DNA of 44,050 nucleotides from a virus: positions 1 to 44,050 of IMG/VR virus record IMGVR_UViG_3300009285_000021; one strand, given 5' to 3'. The notes under the pieces were generated by a model. That model had not been told where the DNA came from. It ran no database searches and saw only the letters and a list, made by a program, of their open reading frames with translations. A program made the position numbers and the translations under genes. This document shows, piece by piece, positions 9,363 to 15,744 of the stretch (its first letter is position 1; each line of letters begins with the position of its first letter).

Positions 9363-9651
9363 GCGTTTAGAGTATACACCGAACTCAAAGATAAGAGCAA
9401 ACTTACGTCAATTGTTTTTACGTTCTCGTGAGCGTGGGAACGCAATTAAAAGGGATAAATACACCTGTCAATGTTGCGGAAGAAAACAATCAAAGGCAAT
9501 CGGTAAAGAATTTAAAGTACAGGTTCATCATAAGGAAGGCATACTCAACTGGGATAAACTTTTTCTAGCAGTCAGAGAGTATTTACTTTGCAATCCTGAT
9601 TTACTTGAAACACTATGTGAAGAGTGTCATGGCAAAAAGGGGAAACAATGA
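9355..9651 (+). CDS. Small HNH endonuclease
   Basis: Motifs CQCCG...VHHKEG...CEECHGKK. I chose the ATG at 9355 over the track start at 9307 because it minimises overlap with the SLT gene. Confidence 0.7.
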   Translation: MGKRLEYTPNSKIRANLRQLFLRSRERGNAIKRDKYTCQCCGRKQSKAIGKEFKVQVHHKEGILNWDKLFLAVREYLLCNPDLLETLCEECHGKKGKQ

Positions 9652-10130
9652 AAGATAAAATACTATATTCATGTTTAGGAATTGTAGCAGGTTTAATTGT
9701 CGGATATTTTGCACTTCCGAAAGTACCAGACGTTAAGATTATAACTGAAACAAAAGTCTTAACCAAAACGGTTATGGTAAATAAAGACCGTGTTATAGAC
9801 CGTGAAACAATAAAATATAAAGACGGTACAGTTAAGATAGTTGAGCATGAAGTTGTCAAAGATAAGATAATTGAGAAAGAAGTTATCAAAGACAAAATAG
9901 TTGAAACAATAAAATATGACAAGACAGCGTTCCTTTTTCTAAACGTAGGTTTCGGAGTAGGGGTAAGCCCGAATATCTTAGCCCCGTCAAAAGATATAAT
10001 TATAAATTACGAAAATTGCAGTGTTGGAATTGCCGTCAATTTACGTCCTTATATTATTTCGCTTGACTACCAACACGTCAATAATTATCCTGACATAGTC
10101 GGAATTAAAGTTAGCATACCGATACTCTAG
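9648..10130 (+). CDS. N-terminally anchored membrane protein with a charged repeat and a beta-rich C-terminal half (spanin-like or lysis accessory candidate)
   Basis: ATGA overlap at 9648. The TM helix is LYSCLGIVAGLIVGYFAL. There is a tandem E(H/K)EV(V/I)KDKI(I/V)E repeat. It is the last gene of the late strand block. Confidence 0.5.
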   Translation: MKDKILYSCLGIVAGLIVGYFALPKVPDVKIITETKVLTKTVMVNKDRVIDRETIKYKDGTVKIVEHEVVKDKIIEKEVIKDKIVETIKYDKTAFLFLNVGFGVGVSPNILAPSKDIIINYENCSVGIAVNLRPYIISLDYQHVNNYPDIVGIKVSIPIL

Positions 10131-10149
10131 GAATAAAACACCTTATTCC
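10130..10149 (+). terminator. Weak hairpin at the end of the lysis cassette
   Basis: The stem ggaataa / ttattcc has 7 bp and a 6-nt loop. There is no clear T-run, so terminator function is uncertain. Confidence 0.3.
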
Positions 10150-10236
10150 GCATTAAATAATTAAGCATAAAACCCTTTAAATATATAGCTTTTGTATTAT
10201 ATCTCGATATATTCACATTAAAATATAATATTCCAC

Positions 10237-10265
10237 TTGACAAATAAACCGACTTCGTGTATAAT
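10237..10265 (+). promoter_or_regulatory. Consensus sigma70/sigmaA-type early promoter (TTGACA-17-TATAAT)
   Basis: TTGACA lies at 10237-10242, followed by a 17-nt spacer ending in gtg and TATAAT at 10260-10265. It sits in a 125-nt AT-rich intergenic gap. Confidence 0.75.
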
Positions 10266-10271
10266 CCTAGT

Positions 10272-10595
10272 ATGAAAAGAATGTGTTCGTGGTGCAAAAA
10301 AGATTTAGGATTCAAGGAGCCGATGTCCGATAATAGCATTACTCATGGTATGTGTGATGACTGCCTAAAAAAATTCAAGGAGGGAAAAAAAGTGATAACT
10401 AATTCTTGCGTTGGGAATATAGTGCCAGATAGTTTAGTTAGGGATTACGAGCTGACACTTGAGGAAATGTCAGACAGGGAAGAACAAGATTGGATTGATA
10501 CTCACTGTGGGGACTGTGATACTGAATTGGATGAGGACGGTCAGTGTCCGAAGTGTCCGAAGTGTACGGAAAATTACAAATACGGAGGGATATAA
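10272..10595 (+). CDS. Double Zn-ribbon early protein, possibly translated from a leaderless mRNA
   Basis: The ATG lies 6 nt after the -10 hexamer. Cysteine pairs are CSWC...CDDC and CGDC...CPKCPKC. Confidence 0.55.
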   Translation: MKRMCSWCKKDLGFKEPMSDNSITHGMCDDCLKKFKEGKKVITNSCVGNIVPDSLVRDYELTLEEMSDREEQDWIDTHCGDCDTELDEDGQCPKCPKCTENYKYGGI

Positions 10596-10765
10596 TGGAC
10601 TTACAAAAGTTTATGAAAGTAAGTGAGCGGTATTTGAGCCACGATCCGCTGGCGGTTATTGCGGATAAGAACAAGCATTTCTTTTATTATATTCAGGATG
10701 TATTGAAACAAGATAGGACGGTTAAAATTCAGAAAGACCCGAAAGGGACAAGGAGGATTGCATGA
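10595..10765 (+). CDS. Hypothetical early protein (56 aa)
   Basis: TAATG overlap with a GGAGGG RBS 6 nt upstream. I preferred this start to the track start at 10544. Confidence 0.45.
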   Translation: MDLQKFMKVSERYLSHDPLAVIADKNKHFFYYIQDVLKQDRTVKIQKDPKGTRRIA

Positions 10766-11136
10766 AAAATGTACTGGTTGATAGTGTTGTGATTGAAGGT
10801 CGGGAATATGTGCCAAAGGATAGCGTAAAAAAAATGGCGATTGATTGTGAGGGGAAAAAGTATCAGATAGTCAGGGCGTATGGAGCGGGCGTATTTGCAG
10901 GATATGTCATTGAAAGAAAAGGGCAAGAAGTTGTAATGGTAAAAGCCAGACGTTTATACTATTGGGATGGAGCGTCAAGTTTATCTCAATTGGCAATGGA
11001 GGGAGTTAAAAAACCTCTGAACTGTAAATTTCCTTGCGAAGTTGAAAAAGTAGAATTACTACAGGTTATAGAAATTTTAGATTGTACAGAGGAGGCAAAG
11101 AAAAGTATTCAGGAGGTAAAAGTATGGGAACAGTAA
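10762..11136 (+). CDS. Hypothetical early protein (124 aa)
   Basis: ATGA-coupled ORF. The conserved-looking core is RAYGAGVFAGY...ARRLYYWDGASSLSQLA. I cannot assign a family with certainty. Confidence 0.6.
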   Translation: MKNVLVDSVVIEGREYVPKDSVKKMAIDCEGKKYQIVRAYGAGVFAGYVIERKGQEVVMVKARRLYYWDGASSLSQLAMEGVKKPLNCKFPCEVEKVELLQVIEILDCTEEAKKSIQEVKVWEQ

Positions 11137-11432
11137 AAGATAACGGCGACGGCTACGGCGACGGCTCCGGGAATGGCTCCGGCTACGGCGACGGCTCCGG
11201 GAATGGCTACGGCTCCGGCTACGGTTACGGCTACGGCTCCGGCTACGGCGACGGCTCCGGCTACGGCTACGGCTCCGGCGACGGCGACGGCTACGGCTAC
11301 GGCGACGGCTCCGGCTACGGCTACGGCTACGGCGACGGCTACGGCGACGGCGACGGCTCCGGCTACGGCGACGGCTCCGGCTACGGCGACGGCTACGGCG
11401 ACGGCTCCGGCTACGGCTCCGGGAATGGTTAA
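11124..11432 (+). CDS. Acidic (X-Gly)48 dipeptide-repeat protein, with X = Tyr, Asp, Ser or Asn
   Basis: AGGAGG lies at 11111-11116, 7 nt before the ATG at 11124. The product is MGTVKD followed by 48 perfect X-G dipeptides (19 Y, 13 D, 12 S, 4 N) with no basic residue in the repeat. Confidence 0.6.
   Translation: MGTVKDNGDGYGDGSGNGSGYGDGSGNGYGSGYGYGYGSGYGDGSGYGYGSGDGDGYGYGDGSGYGYGYGDGYGDGDGSGYGDGSGYGDGYGDGSGYGSGNG
11142..11429 (+). repeat. Hexanucleotide tandem array GGC-(TAC/GAC/TCC/AAT-like), visibly GC-rich
   Basis: About 288 nt built from ggctac / ggcgac / ggctcc units, with an occasional gggaat. The composition contrasts sharply with the AT-rich flanks. Confidence 0.95.
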
Positions 11433-11522
11433 AAACAAGGAAGCGATTAATTTCATTATCGCAAAATTACTGTCAGAAGGCAATGGGAGTAGAATAGATA
11501 CCTGCTCCCCAGAGGAGAAGCA

Positions 11523-11729
11523 ATGGCAAAGAAAAAAGAGTTGAGAGGTAGACCTAAGAAACAAAATAACTTAGTTTCGGTAACAAGCAATATAGCGGTA
11601 GAAGAAAGGGAAGGTGTGGCAAGAATATCGGCATTAAATCGTGCAAGTATGTCGGGAGTGATACGAGAGGCAATAGTGGCACATTTAATCAAATTCGGGA
11701 TGATGTATGACAATCGGGAGGGAAGATAA
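11523..11729 (+). CDS. Ribbon-helix-helix (CopG/Arc-like) DNA-binding protein
   Basis: 68 aa with a basic N-terminus (KKKELRGRPKK), then a beta-strand (VSVTSNIAV) and two helices (ARISALNRASMSGVIREAIVAHL). Confidence 0.6.
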   Translation: MAKKKELRGRPKKQNNLVSVTSNIAVEEREGVARISALNRASMSGVIREAIVAHLIKFGMMYDNREGR

Positions 11730-12847
11730 TGACAGATATAAACGCATTGGCAGTTGTAGACCAGCAACAGATAAATAATCTCACAATAAAGGAAGTTAAG
11801 GAGTTATGGTGTCCTTTAGTTTCAGACAAGGAATTCGGATTGTTTATAGGAATATGTAAATCTTTCGGGTTGAATCCATTTAAACGAGAGGTTTATATAA
11901 TAAAATATTCGGCAAGTTCTCCGGCTTCAATTGTTGTTGGGTATGAGGTATATCTCAAACGTGCAGATCGTACAGGAAAACTTGATGGGTGGAACGTTGT
12001 AATAGTAGATTCAGATACGGACAACGAAAGAGCTGTTATAACTATCTTTCGCAAGGATTTTAAAAATCCGTTTATCTGGGAGTGCTACAAAAAAGAAGTA
12101 GCGAAACAACAGGCAAACTGGAAATCAATGCCGATATTCATGCTTAAAAAGGTAGCAATCGGACAGGGTTTTCGTTTAGCGTTTCCTGATGAAATGGGTG
12201 GACTTCCGTATGTACAAGAGGAAATAGTACAAGAGGAACATACAGCGAAACCGTCTTTTACGCAACACAAAACAACGGCAACGGATATAACTCCAGAACC
12301 GAAACAAGAAGTCAAAGAAGATATCAACGCTCCTGTTTGCAATGATGAACAAATTGCCACTATCAACGCTCTTGTTGCTGTAAGTCCGAAATCAAAAGAA
12401 GTAGGTGACTGGATATGTTCGGCGTACAAGGTGGATTTTTTCGCCCAGTTGTCTTATGACAAAGCGGAAAAGATTATAGCTATTCTTGAGCAAAAACAAA
12501 AAGAATTGAAAGACAAGATGACTACCGAAGCAGAAGCAAAGAAAGAAGAACCTAAATCCGAAGAACCATCTGTAGACCCATCAGAGGATCAAGGACACAA
12601 GGAAAAACCTTCCACACCGAAAGGCGATAAAGTAATGTCTGATAAGCAAAAGTCAACAATAGAAAAAATGCTTAAGCATTACAAAGACAAGGCAGAAGGC
12701 AAAAAGGCATTGCTTGTTGTCGGCGAGGGTGGCAAGAGTTTTGAAACTTTGACAATAGGACAGGCGAGTAATATCATCAAGAAACTCGGTGAGCAAATTA
12801 AGAAGGATACGGAAGCGAGGAAACAAGATGACGCAAATAATCCTTAA
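11729..12847 (+). CDS. recT: RecT/Bet-family single-strand annealing protein with an acidic/lysine-rich C-terminal extension
   Basis: The N-terminal 170 aa carry GLNPFKREVYIIKY...VVGYEVYLKRADRTGKLDGW...MLKKVAIGQGFRLAFPDE, typical of RecT/Bet. An exonuclease gene follows. Confidence 0.75.
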   Translation: MTDINALAVVDQQQINNLTIKEVKELWCPLVSDKEFGLFIGICKSFGLNPFKREVYIIKYSASSPASIVVGYEVYLKRADRTGKLDGWNVVIVDSDTDNERAVITIFRKDFKNPFIWECYKKEVAKQQANWKSMPIFMLKKVAIGQGFRLAFPDEMGGLPYVQEEIVQEEHTAKPSFTQHKTTATDITPEPKQEVKEDINAPVCNDEQIATINALVAVSPKSKEVGDWICSAYKVDFFAQLSYDKAEKIIAILEQKQKELKDKMTTEAEAKKEEPKSEEPSVDPSEDQGHKEKPSTPKGDKVMSDKQKSTIEKMLKHYKDKAEGKKALLVVGEGGKSFETLTIGQASNIIKKLGEQIKKDTEARKQDDANNP

Positions 12848-13475
12848 TAAAGACAAGCACGAATACACAGTGGATAAGGTTGTATATCCCTCCGTAAGTC
12901 AGATACTTGCGGAGTTAGGATTTATCAATCTAAGGGCTGTACCAACTCATGCACTTGAAGAAGGTCGGGCAAGGGGTACTGAAGTCCATGCAATCTGTGA
13001 AAGTTTTGATCGGGGAATATTGGCAGTTGAAACAATAGATGAAAGGTTGGTAGGTTATTTTAAGTCATGGCTATTGTTTGTTAAAGAATATAAGCCAGAG
13101 TTTTTAGAGATTGAAAAAATGGTGTTTAGCAAAAGTTGGGGATATTGTGGGTGCATTGACAGGGTGGCTCGTATCAACGGAAAATTATACATAGTTGATA
13201 TTAAAACAAGCCAGTACAAATCCCCTTCTCACGAGATACAAACTGCTCTTTATAAAACCGCTTATGAAGAGTTTACCAAAAACAAGATAAACGGATTAAA
13301 GACCGGTCGTTGGATTATTGTATTATCTCCGGAAGGAAAAATGGCAAAGGTAGTTGAACACGATAAATTAACAGACTTCACAACAGCAATATCGGCGGTG
13401 ATAGTTTATAACTGGAAGAAACGGAATAAACTTACGGCAGATTTAGATTATAATGCGGAGTTATTCTCATTTTAG
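12828..13475 (+). CDS. PD-(D/E)XK recombination exonuclease (YqaJ/Cas4-like fold)
   Basis: It begins H.YTVDG-like and carries RGTEVH, then CIDRV...YIVDIKTS (the D..(D/E)xK motif). The ATG at 12828 has a GAGGAA RBS. Confidence 0.7.
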   Translation: MTQIILNKDKHEYTVDKVVYPSVSQILAELGFINLRAVPTHALEEGRARGTEVHAICESFDRGILAVETIDERLVGYFKSWLLFVKEYKPEFLEIEKMVFSKSWGYCGCIDRVARINGKLYIVDIKTSQYKSPSHEIQTALYKTAYEEFTKNKINGLKTGRWIIVLSPEGKMAKVVEHDKLTDFTTAISAVIVYNWKKRNKLTADLDYNAELFSF

Positions 13476-13484
13476 GAGGAAACA

Positions 13485-14165
13485 ATGTCAAATGAAACAG
13501 TAAGTGTAGCACCTATAGCAAGTAATGTAGCAGATGAAGCAACAAAGACAGCAGAAGTAGCATTGACACAGGCAAGGGGTATTGTCATAGCAAACGTAGA
13601 ACAATATACCAATGCCGGTACGGAGTTGCTAAAGGTTAAGAAGTTTTTAAAGGACTTAGAGGTCGAACGGAAAAAAATCACGGATCCGCTAACAAAGGCA
13701 AAAGAAGCTGTAATGGCGTTCTTCAATACTCCGAAAGACAACGCAACAAAGGCAATGAACATAATAGCCGGTGCAATGCAAACTTATGATGATAAGAAAG
13801 CGGAAGAAGCCCGAAAGGAAAATGCACGTCTATCGGAAATAGCAAGAAAAGAATCGGAGAAGTTATCGGAAAAAGCACGGAAAGCAGAAGAGTCTGGAAA
13901 TTTGGAAAAAGCGGAAGAACTTAAAAGACAGGCTTTAATGAAAGAAACAATAGTGCCTTCCGTATCTGCTGAACCTGTTAAGATTGCCGGATTAGCGTCC
14001 AGAGAAAATTGGACTTACGAAATTACGGATATTAACCTTGTCCCTCGTGAGTACCTTTGTGCTGATGAAAAAAAGATAGGTGCAGTAATCCGTGCTACAA
14101 AAGGTACTTTGTCTATACCTGGAATTAAGGCAATAAAAGAAACTAAAATAGGTGGAAGTCGGTAA
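13485..14165 (+). CDS. Coiled-coil recombination/replication-module protein of unknown function
   Basis: 226-aa ORF with a GGAGGA RBS. The centre is Lys/Glu-rich. Family not assigned. Confidence 0.5.
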   Translation: MSNETVSVAPIASNVADEATKTAEVALTQARGIVIANVEQYTNAGTELLKVKKFLKDLEVERKKITDPLTKAKEAVMAFFNTPKDNATKAMNIIAGAMQTYDDKKAEEARKENARLSEIARKESEKLSEKARKAEESGNLEKAEELKRQALMKETIVPSVSAEPVKIAGLASRENWTYEITDINLVPREYLCADEKKIGAVIRATKGTLSIPGIKAIKETKIGGSR

Positions 14166-14182
14166 ATAATTCTATTTTAGTA

Positions 14183-14211
14183 TTGACAATCTAGGAGTTA
14201 TCGTGTATACT
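14183..14211 (+). promoter_or_regulatory. Consensus-like promoter (TTGACA-17-TATACT) firing into the origin region
   Basis: TTGACA lies at 14183-14188, followed by a 17-nt spacer ending in gtg and TATACT at 14206-14211. Confidence 0.7.
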
Positions 14212-14259
14212 GTACATAACAACGGAGAACAACGAACATGCAAAAAATCTTAACAATAT

Positions 14260-14334
14260 ATAGCGCTGGTGGCTGTTTACAGCTGGGTCTTCATTTCCTT
14301 CCAGAAATGTTCGTTACCCTCCGGCCAGCGCTAT
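14260..14334 (+). other. Long-range perfect 10-bp inverted repeat (atagcgctgg ... ccagcgctat) enclosing 55 nt
   Basis: 14260-14269 is the exact reverse complement of 14325-14334. The element lies about 45 nt downstream of the predicted start site of the 14183 promoter. Confidence 0.6.
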
Positions 14335-14549
14335 TAAAAAATCCATATATAGTATATAAAAGTTATCCACAATGTGTTAATAACTCTTGTGGATATCCTG
14401 TGGATAACTATTACAGGGTAAGTTATCCACAGATACTAAGAGTTATCCACATCTGTTCTAAAGTTATCCACATACTTATAAACAGGGTTGTCCACATGAT
14501 AACGCCTTGCATTATAAACAATAGTGCCACTTATCCACAAAAAACAGCC

Positions 14550-14570
14550 CTACTACTACTACTACTACTA
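14550..14570. repeat. (CTA)7 trinucleotide array, equal to 3'-GAT-5' x7 on the complementary strand. It is a DnaA-trio candidate.
   Basis: Seven perfect CTA units begin 10 nt after the DnaA box at 14531-14539. They are preceded by the small GC patch cagccc and followed by an AT-rich tract. Confidence 0.6.
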
Positions 14571-14602
14571 TTTATATAAAGCTTTAGTAATTATAGTAAA
14601 AG
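14571..14602. other. AT-rich candidate DNA-unwinding element
   Basis: The sequence tttatataaagctttagtaattatagtaaaag lies between the trio array and the inverted DnaA box at 14613. Confidence 0.45.
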
Positions 14603-14638
14603 GGCATTAATCTGTGGATAATAAAAAAGGAATATAAA

Positions 14639-14749
14639 ATGTCAGATAAAAAAACAATAGCAGAAATGTTGGAAAGTATAATACGAAAGATAGATGCTAA
14701 ATTTCAAGAAGAAGAGAAACAAAAGCAACAACAAAAGGACAACCAATGA
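14639..14749 (+). CDS. 36-aa charged helical mini-protein, too short to be listed in the ORF track
   Basis: Read by hand: MSDKKTIAEMLESIIRKIDAKFQEEEKQKQQQKDNQ. It has an AAGGA RBS and ends in an ATGA overlap with the next ORF. Confidence 0.4.
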   Translation: MSDKKTIAEMLESIIRKIDAKFQEEEKQKQQQKDNQ

Positions 14750-14901
14750 AAATGAAATGTACTCTACCAGACAATGAGAAGGATAGCCTAAACTGTCCAA
14801 CGTGCGACCATAACAAGGAACACGATAAAAATCATAACTGTGAACACGCATGTTGCTTCCATAGAGGGTCTCAATGCTTAGAAGTAAAGGATGAAAAATG
14901 A
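14746..14901 (+). CDS. 51-aa Cys/His-rich mini-protein, too short to be listed in the ORF track
   Basis: Read by hand: MKMKCTLPDNEKDSLNCPTCDHNKEHDKNHNCEHACCFHRGSQCLEVKDEK. It is ATGA-coupled at both ends. Confidence 0.45.
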   Translation: MKMKCTLPDNEKDSLNCPTCDHNKEHDKNHNCEHACCFHRGSQCLEVKDEK

Positions 14902-15218
14902 ACAACTTAGAAAAGATAAATGTGTCTGCCGTAATAAGGGGTAGAAAGTCAAACAATCCTATTGTTGTAGAGAAGTTGTCAGCAATGACAGGGGTATCTG
15001 ACCGAGTATGCAAGAAATACGTTCAGGAACTACGTCAAGAAGGTTTGCCTATAGCCGGTGATGAAGACGGTTATTTCTGGGCGGAGAATCCGGCAGAGTT
15101 GGATCATGTGATAAACATAATAAAAGCCCATATCCACAGCAGACAGGAAACAATACGAAGTTTAGAGCGTACCAGGCTGGCAATGCTACATGATAAGCAG
15201 ATGTCAAGATTACTGTAA
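14898..15218 (+). CDS. Winged-helix DNA-binding protein (regulator or origin-associated)
   Basis: The HTH_11/DeoR-like segment is IVVEKLSAMTGVSDRVCKKYVQELRQEGLPI. It is the first substantial gene after the origin-like region. Confidence 0.55.
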   Translation: MNNLEKINVSAVIRGRKSNNPIVVEKLSAMTGVSDRVCKKYVQELRQEGLPIAGDEDGYFWAENPAELDHVINIIKAHIHSRQETIRSLERTRLAMLHDKQMSRLL

Positions 15219-15234
15219 AACAACCGGAGGTCAA

Positions 15235-15564
15235 ATGACAAAAGAAAACAGTATCAGGGCTGAAGTAAGGAAGCACGATGATGAAACAGAAGGAATTGTA
15301 AAAGGGCTATACTATGTTGAATTATTTTACAATGGGCATAGCATAGTAGATGATTGCATTTGTGGATTAGAAAAAAATAGAGCCGAACTCATTTGCTCAC
15401 GTATCAACAACGAGCCAGTGAAAAGGATAGAAAAGAAAATTGAAGAGATGATTAAGGAAGTAGAGTTTGCACAAAAGCAAGATTTTACATATCACGGAGA
15501 AAAATGTTATGCCGTAGACAAGCTTGAACAACTCAAATCCTACATTACAAAAGGAGAGGAATAA
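15235..15564 (+). CDS. Hypothetical protein (109 aa)
   Basis: The ATG at 15235 has a GGAGG RBS. I preferred it to the track start at 15190. Confidence 0.5.
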   Translation: MTKENSIRAEVRKHDDETEGIVKGLYYVELFYNGHSIVDDCICGLEKNRAELICSRINNEPVKRIEKKIEEMIKEVEFAQKQDFTYHGEKCYAVDKLEQLKSYITKGEE

Positions 15565-15713
15565 TGAAAACAAAGTATTGTGCAGATTGCGGAAGTCAAT
15601 GCGACTATGATTTTGCATATAAGGTAAAAGGAACTGAATGGGATTTTATTTGTTTGCAGTGCGTTAAGGACAAACCTGATATTAGAATAATTCACCCAGA
15701 AGAAGATAGATAA
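15564..15713 (+). CDS. 49-aa Zn-ribbon mini-protein, too short to be listed in the ORF track
   Basis: Read by hand: MKTKYCADCGSQC...FICLQCVKDK. It starts at a TAATG overlap. Confidence 0.4.
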   Translation: MKTKYCADCGSQCDYDFAYKVKGTEWDFICLQCVKDKPDIRIIHPEEDR

Positions 15714-15744
15714 AAACAATGCCTAAAACAACAGGAGAAAACAA

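Larger units (their letters stand above)
14363..14621. promoter_or_regulatory. Cluster of nine DnaA boxes (oriC-like origin or DnaA sink)
   Basis: Perfect TTATCCACA boxes on the + strand start at 14363, 14423, 14443, 14464 and 14531. Perfect boxes on the - strand (tgtggataa) start at 14399 and 14613. One-mismatch boxes lie at 14388 (-, ATATCCACA) and 14488 (+, TTGTCCACA). Confidence 0.8.

Noticed and set aside
11109-11564. ORFs 11173-11544 (+; poly Ala-Thr/Pro) and 11109-11564 (-; poly Ala-Val/Gly) overlapping the GGC-NNN repeat
   Set aside because: They are alternative-frame and antisense readings of the same hexanucleotide array. They have no RBS, and the - strand carries no other credible gene. 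The frame with AGGAGG plus ATG at 11124 is the plausible one.
14260-14334. Possible tRNA or tRNA-like gene formed by the 10-bp inverted repeat
   Set aside because: A cloverleaf cannot be drawn. There is no GTTCRANYC T-loop, no GG-containing D-loop of proper size, and the arm lengths are wrong. No other tRNA-like sequence was spotted in the window.
14238-14579. 113-aa + strand ORF with a possible GGAG RBS, running through the DnaA-box cluster and the (CTA)7 array
   Set aside because: Its sequence is largely the translation of repeated TTATCCACA boxes (recurring SYPQ and VIH motifs) and ends in a poly-Leu run encoded by CTA x7. DnaA boxes contain no stop codon in any + frame, so an open frame here is expected by chance. 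It is better explained as an origin-like DNA element. I keep a small residual possibility that it is translated.
11142-14621. CRISPR-array check on the two repeat-rich regions (the hexanucleotide array and the DnaA-box cluster)
   Set aside because: The repeat units are 6 bp and 9 bp rather than 24-48 bp. They have no unique spacers of regular length, and no cas genes are present.
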